DNA of 64,000 nucleotides from contig CAWAIF010000003.1 of NCBI GenBank assembly GCA_963782055.1, positions 6,272,001 through 6,336,000 on the forward strand. Reading direction: 5' to 3'. Of this stretch, positions 9,048 to 18,143 are shown in pieces. Positions within the stretch are counted from its first letter, which is position 1. Every line of letters begins with the position of its first letter. Under the pieces are notes generated by a model that was given only the letters and a program-made list of their open reading frames with translations, did not search any database and was not told the origin of the DNA. This stretch comes from an uncultured delta proteobacterium (lineage in GTDB: Bacteria > Myxococcota_A > Polyangia > Polyangiales > Polyangiaceae). The translations under genes were made by a program, and so were the position numbers.

Positions 9048-10052
9048 ATGCCCCTGGACAACGCCTCCACTCGCGAAGTGCCCGGCGACCGCCGGTTCCT
9101 GCCACCGGTACCCGACGCGGAGCTCGTCGCCCACAGCCCGTCGATGCGCGCGCTCGTCGAGATCCTCGTACGGGTGGCCGCCTCCTCTGCCCCGGTGGTC
9201 ATCGTCGGGGAGGTGGGCGTCGGCAAGACGCGCGTCGCGCGCGCCATTCACGCGCGGAGCGCCCGCGGCGCCGGGCCGTTCGTGTGCCTGTCGGCGACGT
9301 CGGCCCCGGAGCCGCTGCTGGAGAGCGAGCTCGTCGGACACGTGCGCGGCGCCTTCGGCGCGGCGACGGAGGACCGCCCGGGCCTGGTCGCCCGCGCCGA
9401 CGGCGGCACGCTGCTCCTGGATGAGCTCGGGGAGATCCCGCGCGCGGTGCAGTCCAGGCTCGTCGCCGTGCTGCGCGACGGCCAGGTACGCCCCGTCGGC
9501 GCCGACGCCGTGCGCGACGTGGACGTGCGGTTCATCGCCACCACGCGGGACGACCTGGACGCCCTGGTGCGCGAGGGTCGCCTCCACCCGGACCTGCGCT
9601 ACCGGCTGAACGTGGTGACCCTCGTCGTCCCCCCGCTGCGCGAGCGGCGCGAGGACCTCCCCGCGCTGGCGCGACGCTTCCTGGAGGAGGCCCGCCTTCG
9701 CGCGCCCGCCTCCCCCGTGGTGGACATCGACGACGAGGCGATGGCCGCGCTCGTGCAGGCGCCGTGGCCGGGCAACGTGCGCGAGCTCGGGAGCACGATC
9801 GAGCGACTCGTCGTCCTCGGCGCGGGCCCCACGGTGCGCGTGGAGGACCTGGCCTTCCTGGAGGCCGCAGGCGACCACCCCTGGCCCATCGCGCAGAGCG
9901 GCCTCTGCACGCTGCGGGAGATGAACCAGCGATACCTGGACTGGGTCCTCTCGCAGACGGGGGGAAACAAGGAGCGCGCGGCGAAGATCCTGGGCATCGA
10001 CCTCTCGACGCTCTACCGCTGGCGCCGCTCCGGGAAATACAGGACCGCCTGA
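9048..10052 (+). CDS. Sigma54-type enhancer-binding protein (AAA+ plus Fis HTH), no N-terminal sensor, degenerate GAFTGA
   Basis: GEVGVGKT Walker A, ELVGHVRGAFGAA, TLLLDELGE Walker B, WPGNVREL, C-terminal GGNKERAAKILGIDLSTLYRW. Confidence 0.88.
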   Translation: MPLDNASTREVPGDRRFLPPVPDAELVAHSPSMRALVEILVRVAASSAPVVIVGEVGVGKTRVARAIHARSARGAGPFVCLSATSAPEPLLESELVGHVRGAFGAATEDRPGLVARADGGTLLLDELGEIPRAVQSRLVAVLRDGQVRPVGADAVRDVDVRFIATTRDDLDALVREGRLHPDLRYRLNVVTLVVPPLRERREDLPALARRFLEEARLRAPASPVVDIDDEAMAALVQAPWPGNVRELGSTIERLVVLGAGPTVRVEDLAFLEAAGDHPWPIAQSGLCTLREMNQRYLDWVLSQTGGNKERAAKILGIDLSTLYRWRRSGKYRTA

Positions 10053-10059
10053 TGGGCGG

Positions 10060-10144
10060 ACTCCCGTGCCCGTGCCCGTGACCCCCGCACGCCGATCGTC
10101 CCGGGGGACGCGTACGGGCGCGGGCGCGGGCACGCGTACGGAGT
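10060..10144. repeat. Imperfect inverted repeat of CCCGTG/CGGGCG units between convergent genes (REP-like or bidirectional terminator)
   Basis: ACTCC-CGTGCCCGTGCCCG ... CGGGCGCGGGCACG-CGTAC-GGAGT. Confidence 0.45.
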
Positions 10145-10151
10145 TCTCGCG

Positions 10152-10403
10152 TCAGGAGGCGGCGCCCTGCTGTCTGGAGACGTAGGCCGCCATCCGCGCG
10201 ATGGAGTCCAGGTTGTCGGGGAGGATGTCCTCATCGGCCACCACGATGCCGAAGTCCTGCTCGAGGAAGGCGACGACCTCGAGCACGCCGGTGGAGTCGA
10301 TGACGCCGGTCTCGATGAGAGACGCCTCGTCGTCGAGCTGCGAGAGCTCGGCCACGTAGAAATTGTGTGCGATGAATTCCCTGATTTGCTCTTTGGTTTC
10401 CAT
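10152..10403 (-). CDS. Acyl carrier protein
   Basis: 83 aa acidic protein; SLIETGVIDSTGVLEVVAFLE with the phosphopantetheine Ser in IDS. Confidence 0.9.
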   Translation of the reverse strand: METKEQIREFIAHNFYVAELSQLDDEASLIETGVIDSTGVLEVVAFLEQDFGIVVADEDILPDNLDSIARMAAYVSRQQGAAS

Positions 10404-10441
10404 GTTCCCAGTCCGTGTGAGAGGCAGCGCGGCCCTGTTCT

Positions 10442-12019
10442 TCATTTCAGTCCGGTCTTCTTGATCTTCCCGGTCGAAGTCTTGGGGAGCTCGGCGATGA
10501 GCTCGACCGTCTTGGGCACCATGAAGCTCTCCAGGCGCCGCGCGCACTCGCGCAGGATGTCCCGCTCGCCGAGGTCCGCGCCTTGCTCCAGCACCACGAA
10601 CGCCTTGACGGCCTCGCCGAGGATCGGGTCGGGCACGCCGATGACGGCCGCCTCCTTGATGCCCGGGATGTCGACGATGGCGCTCTCGACCTCCTTGGGC
10701 GCGACCTTCTCCCCGCGCGACTTGATGATGTCGTCCATGCGGCCGACGAAGTAGAGGTAGCCCTCCTCGTCCAGCTTGCAGTAGTCGCCGGTGTAGAGCA
10801 CCTGCTCGCCCGGCAGCGGGCCGGGGCGGAGCTTCTTCGCCGTCTCCTCCGGCTTCTCCCAGTACCCGCGCATGACGGTGGCGCCGCGGATGACGAGCTG
10901 ACCCACCACGCCGGGGCCGACCGGTCTGTCGTTCTCGTCGACGACCCACAGCTCGGTGTTGGGGATGGCCACGCCCACGCTCGTCGGCTTGCGCTCCAAA
11001 TCCTCCGGCGGCAGGTACGTGCACCGCTTGCACTCGGTGAGCCCGTACATCGAGTAGATGCGCGCCTGCGGGAAGAGGTCGCGCAGCATGGTGATGTGCT
11101 TGACCGGCAGCGCCGCGGCGGTGTTGGTCACGTAGCGGATGGAGGAGAAGTCGTGGGCCGAGAGGGTCTTCAGCTCGGCCAGGATGGCGAAGATGGTGGG
11201 CACCCCTGGGAAGCCGGTGACCTGCTCTTCCACGACGCGCTTGAGGACCTCCGCCGGGTAGGTGAAGGAGCGCTCGAGCACCAGCCGCGCGCCCACCTTG
11301 AAGGCCATGATCATCTGGTAGAGGCCGTAGTCGAAGGCGAGCGGGAGCACGTTCAGGATGACGTCGTCCTCCACGTTCCGGATGTAGGTGGTGATGGACG
11401 TCGCCGCGGTGAGCATGTTGCGGTGCGTGAGCATCACGCCCTTCGGGTCGCCCGTGCTGCCGGAGGTGTAGATGATCGCCGCCAGGTCGACGTCGATCGC
11501 GCGGCGCGGGGGCGGCGCGCTCCCCTCCCCCTCCCCCAGGGCGTCGTCCAGCGAGACGACGCCGCGCACGCCCTCCAGGCCGCGCGCGCCGGAGAGCCCC
11601 GCCACCACCACCGCGCGAAGGTGCTCCGACGCGGCAGCCGCCGGCGCGAAGACCGGTCCGAGACGCGCGTCGGTGACGAGCGCGGCGGCCCGGCAGTCGG
11701 AGAGCAGGTAGGCGAGCTTGTCGGTCTTGGTCTGCGGGTTGACCATCGAGACCACGCCGCCGGCCTTGAGCACCGCCCAGAAGGCGACGACGGCCTCCAC
11801 CGAGTTGTCCAGGAAGACGACGACGCGGTCCCCGCGCTCGACGCCGCGCCGCACCAGCGCGTGAGCCAGGGCGTTGGCGCGCGCGTCCAGCTCGGCGTAG
11901 GTGGCGCGCTCGCCCCGGCACACCAGGGCGACCTTCTCCGGCAGCCGGCGTGCGGACTCGGTCAGGTAGTCGTGGAGCAGCGCGACCGCGCGCTCGTGGC
12001 CGGGAGTCGGTGTGTTCAT
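10442..12019 (-). CDS. Class I adenylate-forming enzyme (acyl/aminoacyl-AMP ligase)
   Basis: IIYTSGSTGDPKG, YGLTE, YTGD, GRMDDIIKSRG, PKTSTGKI motifs. Confidence 0.9.
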   Translation of the reverse strand: MNTPTPGHERAVALLHDYLTESARRLPEKVALVCRGERATYAELDARANALAHALVRRGVERGDRVVVFLDNSVEAVVAFWAVLKAGGVVSMVNPQTKTDKLAYLLSDCRAAALVTDARLGPVFAPAAAASEHLRAVVVAGLSGARGLEGVRGVVSLDDALGEGEGSAPPPRRAIDVDLAAIIYTSGSTGDPKGVMLTHRNMLTAATSITTYIRNVEDDVILNVLPLAFDYGLYQMIMAFKVGARLVLERSFTYPAEVLKRVVEEQVTGFPGVPTIFAILAELKTLSAHDFSSIRYVTNTAAALPVKHITMLRDLFPQARIYSMYGLTECKRCTYLPPEDLERKPTSVGVAIPNTELWVVDENDRPVGPGVVGQLVIRGATVMRGYWEKPEETAKKLRPGPLPGEQVLYTGDYCKLDEEGYLYFVGRMDDIIKSRGEKVAPKEVESAIVDIPGIKEAAVIGVPDPILGEAVKAFVVLEQGADLGERDILRECARRLESFMVPKTVELIAELPKTSTGKIKKTGLK

Positions 12020-14013
12020 GGCGATGATACCCTCTCGATCAGGGTCCTCGGCGTGGCGACGGCCGTCTCCGGCGCGTCGTGGACGAAGTGCTCGTGGAGC
12101 AGCTGGGTGGAGAGCACGCCCACCACCGCCATGTTGTCGGCGTTGGAGAAGGGCGTCCCGCCGCCGTGCTCGCGGAGCTTCTGCCGGAGCCGTGCGACGG
12201 CTCGCGGGTCGAAGACGCCGGCACGCGCCACCGATCGCTCGCTGATCGCCTCGGAGACCCACGCCGCGGTGTGCGGCCCGGCGAAGGCGAGGGCATCGGG
12301 GGCGCGGTACGGCTGCTTCTTCCGCGCCACGATGGACGGCGGGACGAGCTCGCGGGCCACTTCCTTGAGGACGTGCTTCTCGTCGAGCACGTTCAGCTTG
12401 AAGCGGTCCGGCAGGGAGTGGGCGAGGGCGACGACCTCCTTGTCGAGGAAGGGGAACCGCCCCTCGACGGAGTGGGCCATCAGCATCCGGTCGCCCTGCG
12501 ACGCGAGGATGTAACCGGCGAGCAGCGTGCGCAGCTCGAAGTACTGGTCCTGGGCGAGCGGCGTCCAGCCCTGAAGCTCCGGCGGGAGCGAGGCGAGCAG
12601 CTCGCCGATGGCGTCGCGCCCCCCGAGCAGCGCGCGCATGTCCGGCGAGAAGAGCCGCTTGAGCGCGGAGGTGGTGCGCCAGCGCAGCTCGTGACCGAAG
12701 CCGGGCTCGCCGGCGCGCCCGAGGTTCCGGCCGAAGAACTGCCGCGCCATGGTGTGCTGCGCGACGGGCGAGCGGGCGAGGTACGGGTAGAGGCGCTCCA
12801 GCAGGCGCGGGCGCATCGCCGATTCGGGGTGCCGCGACCAGAAGCGCCGCACCCTCGCCTCGCGGAACAGGTCGTAGCCGGCGAACATCTCGTCGGCGCC
12901 CTCGCCGGTGAGCACCACCTTGATCCCGGCGTCGCGCACCAGCCGCGAGAGCAGCATCATGGGCGCGGGCGCGGTGCGCAGGATGGGCCGCTCGGTGTGG
13001 GCGACCACGTCCGGAAAGACGTCCACCACGTCGCGGGCGGTGACGACCACCTCGTGGTGCTCGCTCCCGATGGCGCGCGCCATCTCCCGCTGGTAGCCCG
13101 TCTCGTCGTACTCGGCGTCCTCGAAGCGCAGCGAGAAGGTGGCGAAGCCGGGCCCCTGCGCCCGAAGCCCGAGGGCCGCCACCAGCGAGCTGTCCAGCCC
13201 GCCGGAGAGGTAGCTCCCCACCGGGACGTCGGCGCGGAGCATCCGCAGGCGCGTGGCGCGCTCCAGCGCCTCGCGCACCGCGTGCGTGGCGTCGGCGAAG
13301 CTCCCGCGGAAGCTCCCCTCCTCGCCGGCGGGGAAGGCCGGCGGCGACGGCGCGCGCGAGACGACGCCGCCCGGGCCGTACGTCCGCACCTCCCCGGGCA
13401 ACAGCTCGCTCACCCCGACGAAGACCGACTGCGGCGGGACCACCGACCAGAAGGTGAACGTCTGATCGAGCCCCTCCGGGTCGAGCTCCCGCGGGATGCT
13501 GCGGTCGGCGGCGAAGATGGCCTTCACCTCGCTGGCGAAGTACAGGCGCCCGGCGTGCTCGCACACGTAGAGCGGGCGGATCCCGTGCGTGTCGCGCGCG
13601 AGGACGAGCGCGCGGCGCGGCGCGTCCCAGATGGCGACGGCGTACTGCCCGTTGAAGCGCGCGAACGCGTCGTCTCCCCACTCCTCGTAGGCGTGGACGA
13701 TGACCTCGGTGTCGCTGCGGGTGCAAAAGACGTGGCCCAGCCGCTCCAGCTCGTCGCGCAGCTCCACGTAGTCGTAGATCTCGCCGTTGAAGACGACCTG
13801 CACCGACCCGTCCTCGTTGCCGAGCGGCTGCTGCCCGGTGGCGAGGTCGACGATGGAGAGTCGCGTGTGCGCGAGCCCCACCCGCCCGTCGCGATACACG
13901 CCCGACTCGTCCGGGCCGCGGTGCCGCAGGGCGGCGGCCATGCGAAGCAGCTCCTCGCGCGAGGGAGGTCGCGCGGCTTCGGAGCGCACCAGGATACCGG
14001 CGATGCCGCACAT
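12016..14013 (-). CDS. asnB: Asparagine synthase-family glutamine amidotransferase
   Basis: MCGIAG N-terminus, RHRGPD, FNGEIYD, YLSGGLDSS, VVLTGEGADE, EGRFPFLD. Confidence 0.9.
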   Translation of the reverse strand: MCGIAGILVRSEAARPPSREELLRMAAALRHRGPDESGVYRDGRVGLAHTRLSIVDLATGQQPLGNEDGSVQVVFNGEIYDYVELRDELERLGHVFCTRSDTEVIVHAYEEWGDDAFARFNGQYAVAIWDAPRRALVLARDTHGIRPLYVCEHAGRLYFASEVKAIFAADRSIPRELDPEGLDQTFTFWSVVPPQSVFVGVSELLPGEVRTYGPGGVVSRAPSPPAFPAGEEGSFRGSFADATHAVREALERATRLRMLRADVPVGSYLSGGLDSSLVAALGLRAQGPGFATFSLRFEDAEYDETGYQREMARAIGSEHHEVVVTARDVVDVFPDVVAHTERPILRTAPAPMMLLSRLVRDAGIKVVLTGEGADEMFAGYDLFREARVRRFWSRHPESAMRPRLLERLYPYLARSPVAQHTMARQFFGRNLGRAGEPGFGHELRWRTTSALKRLFSPDMRALLGGRDAIGELLASLPPELQGWTPLAQDQYFELRTLLAGYILASQGDRMLMAHSVEGRFPFLDKEVVALAHSLPDRFKLNVLDEKHVLKEVARELVPPSIVARKKQPYRAPDALAFAGPHTAAWVSEAISERSVARAGVFDPRAVARLRQKLREHGGGTPFSNADNMAVVGVLSTQLLHEHFVHDAPETAVATPRTLIERVSSP

Positions 14014-14015
14014 GG

Positions 14016-14990
14016 TCAGTGCTCCTCCACCGGCTGGGCGAAGAGGGGCTGCACGTGGAGGTACCGCGTGGCGCGTCGTTTCGCCTCGATGTCCCGGTAT
14101 ACCCGCTCCACCTGCGAGGCGCTCAGGTCCACCACCGGGGCCACCTCGCTCGACGGCACGTCGTGGTCGTGGGCGTACAGGCACAGGTCCATCCGCCGGT
14201 AGTCGACGGAGAAGTAGAACTCCTCCTGCGTCTGCTCCAGGGAGTAGGTGTCGGTGGTGGGCGGCCGGCTGGTGATCTCGCGCGGGATGCCGAGGTGGTC
14301 GGCCAGCGCGTAGACCTGCGTCTTGTACAGGTGGGCGATGGGCTTGAAGTCCGCGGCGCCGTCACCCTGCTTCACGAAGAACCCCTGGTCGTACTCCAGG
14401 CGGTTGGGCGTCCCCGCCACGGCGTAGCGGAGGCGGTCGGCGTGGTAGTACTCCACCATCTTGCGCACCCGCTGCTTGAAGTTGGTGGCGGCGACGAGCT
14501 TCAGGTACGCGGCGGGGGACATCCGCGCGGTGCGGCGCTCACCGTCGGGGCTCTCCACCGTGAGCATGGAGACGTTCAGGCGGTCGCCCTCCAGGATGGA
14601 GGGCAGGGTGATCTTGCACTTCCAGTCCTCGCCGTAGTCGGGGAACACGGTGCGGATGGCCTCCACCTGCCGCGCGTAGCAGCCGATGCCCGCGAGCGCG
14701 GGGGCGATGTCCTCCACCTCGGTGGCGATCCCCAGCGTGCCGGCGACGAGCCGACCGAGGCGCAGGGCGTCGTCGGAGGAGTCGCGCTCCGGCATGAAGA
14801 GGCCGAACACCCGCTCCGGGCCGAGCGCCTTCACGCAGAGGGCAGCCACCACCGAGCTGTCCACTCCCCCCGACAGGCCGAGGACCGCGCCCCGGCGCCG
14901 GAGGGTCTCCATGACCTGGACGCGGATGGTGCGCTGCAGGCTCTCGGTGAGCGCCGCGGGATCGATGTGAAGGACGTCTCTGGAGAACAT
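14016..14990 (-). CDS. nadE: NadE-like NH3-dependent NAD synthetase paralog
   Basis: LGLSGGVDS PP-loop, NFKQRVRK, GTPNRLEYDQGFFVKQGDG, KPIAHLYKTQV; carries an internal insertion. Confidence 0.8.
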   Translation of the reverse strand: MFSRDVLHIDPAALTESLQRTIRVQVMETLRRRGAVLGLSGGVDSSVVAALCVKALGPERVFGLFMPERDSSDDALRLGRLVAGTLGIATEVEDIAPALAGIGCYARQVEAIRTVFPDYGEDWKCKITLPSILEGDRLNVSMLTVESPDGERRTARMSPAAYLKLVAATNFKQRVRKMVEYYHADRLRYAVAGTPNRLEYDQGFFVKQGDGAADFKPIAHLYKTQVYALADHLGIPREITSRPPTTDTYSLEQTQEEFYFSVDYRRMDLCLYAHDHDVPSSEVAPVVDLSASQVERVYRDIEAKRRATRYLHVQPLFAQPVEEH

Positions 14991-15133
14991 GGGGACCTGC
15001 AGGGGCTGCGCGTGGCGGCAGGATTTTTCGCGTCCGCCGCCAGCGGGTTCAAGGGGAGAGGCCCCCGTGCGGCGGCACCAAGGCCTCGAACCGAACGCCG
15101 ACTCGAGGAATGTGGATTGCACGGACGGGGGGC

Positions 15134-16336
15134 ATGAGCTGGCTCGGTGCAATCTCCGTGCGCCGCAAACTTCACGGGTGCGCGAGTGTGGGTGAAGGGA
15201 CGCGGGCGCACGGAACGGTGTGGGTCCACGGGGGGGGCTCGGTGCGCCTCGGCGCGCGCGTTCACCTGGACGGAACACGCGCGCCCATCGAGCTGCACGC
15301 CGGGCCGGGGGCGGAGCTGGTGCTGGACGATGACGTCCACGTGGCGGGTGGCACCTCCATCGAGGCGCAGCACGCCGTCCACATCGGGGCGCGCACCCGC
15401 GTGGGGCCGTTCTGCAAGGTGCTCGACACCCACTACCACCGCCTGGAGGGCGACCGGACCGAGCGCCCCCCGCCGGGATTGGTGGTGGTGGAGGAGGACG
15501 TGGAGCTGGGCCCGCGCACCGTGCTCCTCCCCCGGGCGCACGTGGGGCGCGGCTCGACCGTGCGCGCCGGCACCGTCGTGACACGGCGCTTCCCTCCGGA
15601 CAGCGTCCTGTCGGGCATCCCCGCCGCGGCGCACGCCCGGCCGCCGGCGGGTCGTGGCGACGGGGCGAAGCGCGACACCGACAAGAGGCCATCGGATGCG
15701 GCGCCGCCCGCCGGGGAGCCGCCGCCGGCGGTGATCCAGGAGGCTCTCCGCATCGCCCGGTTGCTGGTGACCGACCCGTTGGCGGGCATGGGCCGCATCG
15801 AGCGCGGGCTGGGAGTGGCCAGGGCACAGTGGGTCTTCCGCAAGTGTCGCGTCGGCGCCCTGGTCAACGTCCTCGGAGACCTGCGCGTGCAGGCGCGCGG
15901 CGAGATCACCTTGGGCGACCGCATCCAGTTCGTTCAGGGGATGGTGTCGAGCGAGATCGTGTGCGACGACGGCGCGGAGATCCGCATCGGCACCGGGACC
16001 ATGTTCAGCTACGGCCTGTCCATCCACGCCCTGCGCAGCGTGCGCATCGGCGAGCGGTGCCTCTTCGGGGCGATGGTCCAGATCCGCGACGCCGACCACG
16101 AGGGCATCGCGCCCGTCGTCATCGGCGACGACGTGTGGGTCGCCCACGGCGCGATGATCGAGCCGGGCGTGACCATCGGCGCCGGCAGCGTGATCTCCGC
16201 CGGCAGCGTGGTGACCTCCGACGTCCCGTCCCACAGCATCGCCGTGGGCAACCCGGCGAGCTGCATCCCCCTTCGCATGATGACGCGGAGGGAGGCCGCG
16301 CCCCTCGGCCGCACCAGCGCGAGCGGCGCGGGATAG
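15134..16336 (+). CDS. Tandem hexapeptide (left-handed beta-helix) acyltransferase
   Basis: Two LbH domains (VVVEEDVELGPRTVLLP...SGIPA and VVIGDDVWV...GAGSVISAGSVVTSDVP...GNPA) joined by a Pro/charged linker. Confidence 0.8.
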   Translation: MSWLGAISVRRKLHGCASVGEGTRAHGTVWVHGGGSVRLGARVHLDGTRAPIELHAGPGAELVLDDDVHVAGGTSIEAQHAVHIGARTRVGPFCKVLDTHYHRLEGDRTERPPPGLVVVEEDVELGPRTVLLPRAHVGRGSTVRAGTVVTRRFPPDSVLSGIPAAAHARPPAGRGDGAKRDTDKRPSDAAPPAGEPPPAVIQEALRIARLLVTDPLAGMGRIERGLGVARAQWVFRKCRVGALVNVLGDLRVQARGEITLGDRIQFVQGMVSSEIVCDDGAEIRIGTGTMFSYGLSIHALRSVRIGERCLFGAMVQIRDADHEGIAPVVIGDDVWVAHGAMIEPGVTIGAGSVISAGSVVTSDVPSHSIAVGNPASCIPLRMMTRREAAPLGRTSASGAG

Positions 16337-16421
16337 GCCGTTCCTCTGCGCGCGGGTGGCGGTCGCACGGCGGCGGCCAGGGGTGGGCGGCGGCCGACGC
16401 GAGCGATGGTAGCTTCGCCTG

Positions 16422-17528
16422 ATGCGCACCTCGTGGCTCCTGCTCGCGATCGCCGCCGCCGCCGGCGCGACGTGGGCGCGCGCAGCGAGCGCGGGCGACG
16501 CGGCGCTCGTCGTCATGCTGGAGAACGACGACGCCGCCCCGCCGGAGTCCGCCACGCTCGACGCGATCCGCGCGCAGGTGGGCGACCTCCCCGTGAAGGT
16601 GCGCCTCGAGCGCCACGCGCGCTTCGCCGACCTGCGCGCGCAGATGGACTACGCGGCGCACCTGGCGTCGTCGTCCGGCGCGCGCGGCGTCTTCTGGGTG
16701 AACGCCGACGTCTCCGGCGATGTCCTGCTCTTCATGCTCGACCCCGACGGCGACCGCCTGCTCCTGCGCCGCATCGAGGGCCACGGCGCGAGCGAGGCGG
16801 TGACCGAGGAGGTCGCCAACGTGGCGCACGCCATCGTCGAGGCCCTCGCCGAGGGGCAGCGCGTCGGGATGACCGCGGTGCCGGTGCCGGCGCCTCCTCC
16901 GCCTCCGCCGAGTCCACGGCCACACCCACCACCCGCACGGCGCACGCCGCCGGCGCCGCGACCAATCCCTCACCCGCGCCCTCCCCCTCGCCGCCACGTC
17001 CCGGCGCCGGGCGTCCCCGTCTGGACGCAGGCCGGTTGGGCGGGCTCCACCTGGGCGTCCGGCGTCCCGTGGACCCACGGCGCCGCCCTGGGCGTCGAGG
17101 CGCGCCTCACGCGCGGGCTCCTCTTGCGTGCAGACTACACGTTCTTTCTCCCGGCGACGGTCGCCGCGCAGGGCACGACGCTGCAGCTCGCCCGGCACCC
17201 GGCCGACGTCGCCTTCGGATGGGAGGGTACCTTCGGCCGCCTCGGCGTCGGCGCGGAGCTGGGCGCGACGCTCGATCCGGTCGGGCGCGCCACCCTCGCG
17301 GTCGCGGAGGGCCTGACGCCCGCGCCCGATGGGATCGCGCTGACCTTCGCCCTCTCGCCCCGGGCGCGCGCCGCGCTGCGCCTCCTCCCGTGGGTGGAGA
17401 TCTACCTGCGTGGAGGCGTGGATGTCTTCCTCGCCCAGCCCGCTTACGCCATCGGACCCACGACGCTGGTGTCGCCGGACGTGGTCCGCGCGCGCATTGA
17501 CAGTGGTCTGTCCTTCAGAGTGTTCTGA
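16422..17528 (+). CDS. Secreted or outer-membrane protein with a Pro-rich linker and barrel-like C-terminus
   Basis: Signal peptide; PPPPPP linker; alternating hydrophobic strands ending GLSFRVF. Confidence 0.6.
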   Translation: MRTSWLLLAIAAAAGATWARAASAGDAALVVMLENDDAAPPESATLDAIRAQVGDLPVKVRLERHARFADLRAQMDYAAHLASSSGARGVFWVNADVSGDVLLFMLDPDGDRLLLRRIEGHGASEAVTEEVANVAHAIVEALAEGQRVGMTAVPVPAPPPPPPSPRPHPPPARRTPPAPRPIPHPRPPPRRHVPAPGVPVWTQAGWAGSTWASGVPWTHGAALGVEARLTRGLLLRADYTFFLPATVAAQGTTLQLARHPADVAFGWEGTFGRLGVGAELGATLDPVGRATLAVAEGLTPAPDGIALTFALSPRARAALRLLPWVEIYLRGGVDVFLAQPAYAIGPTTLVSPDVVRARIDSGLSFRVF

Positions 17529-17540
17529 AGCGTCCTTTTG

Positions 17541-17570
17541 ATCCGCCCGATTTCGACCGCCGGCCCCACT
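17541..17570 (+). promoter_or_regulatory. Putative ECF-sigma promoter ATCCGCCCG-N16-CCACT (copy 1)
   Basis: The same two boxes with the same 16-nt spacing recur at 19450-19479. Confidence 0.6.
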
Positions 17571-17576
17571 GTAGCG

Positions 17577-18143
17577 GTGGAGTCTGCTCCGGCAGACGCC
17601 TCCGGTGGGAGCGTGCAAGGTCTCGATGAGGATCGGTCGTTGATGCAGCGTGTCGCAGCCGGAGAGCGCAGGGCTCAGCAGGATCTGCTGACGCGGCTCG
17701 CGCCGCGCGCGCGCCGGGTCTCCCTGGCCCTCCTGCGCGACGCGGCCGACGCGGACGACGCGGCGCAGGGCGCGCTCCTCGAGGTGCTCAGGTCCGCGCA
17801 CACCTACGGCGGGGCCGCTTCGGTGGAGCGCTGGGCGGACCGCATCGTGGCGCGCACCGCCATTCGCCTCGCGCGGGACAACCGGCGCCGCGTCCCCCCG
17901 GAGGCCGCGCCGGAGAGCGCGTCGCCGCCGTCGCTCGAGGGCGCCGCGCACGACGTCCGGCGCTACCTGGAGGTCCTCCCGGAGGCGCAGCGGACCACCC
18001 TCGTGCTGCGCCACGTGATGGGCTGCTCGATCGAGGAGATCGCCGCGACGACGGGCGTGCCGGTCAACACCGTCAAGGATCGCCTGGTGCGCGCGCTGGG
18101 CCAGATCCGCGGCATGGTGCGGCGGGGCGAGGGGAGCGCATGA
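17577..18143 (+). CDS. ECF RNA polymerase sigma factor
   Basis: Region 2 (ADADDAAQGALLEVLR...ERWADRI) and region 4 (LPEAQRTTLVL...SIEEIA...VNTVKDRL). GTG 17577 preferred because the track start overlaps the promoter motif. Confidence 0.88.
   Translation: MESAPADASGGSVQGLDEDRSLMQRVAAGERRAQQDLLTRLAPRARRVSLALLRDAADADDAAQGALLEVLRSAHTYGGAASVERWADRIVARTAIRLARDNRRRVPPEAAPESASPPSLEGAAHDVRRYLEVLPEAQRTTLVLRHVMGCSIEEIAATTGVPVNTVKDRLVRALGQIRGMVRRGEGSA

Noticed and set aside
10152..14013. Lasso peptide or NRPS cluster (AsnB-like cyclase, adenylation domain, carrier)
   Set aside because: AsnB has an intact MCG glutaminase start; no precursor, B protein or condensation domain is visible; the context is polysaccharide.
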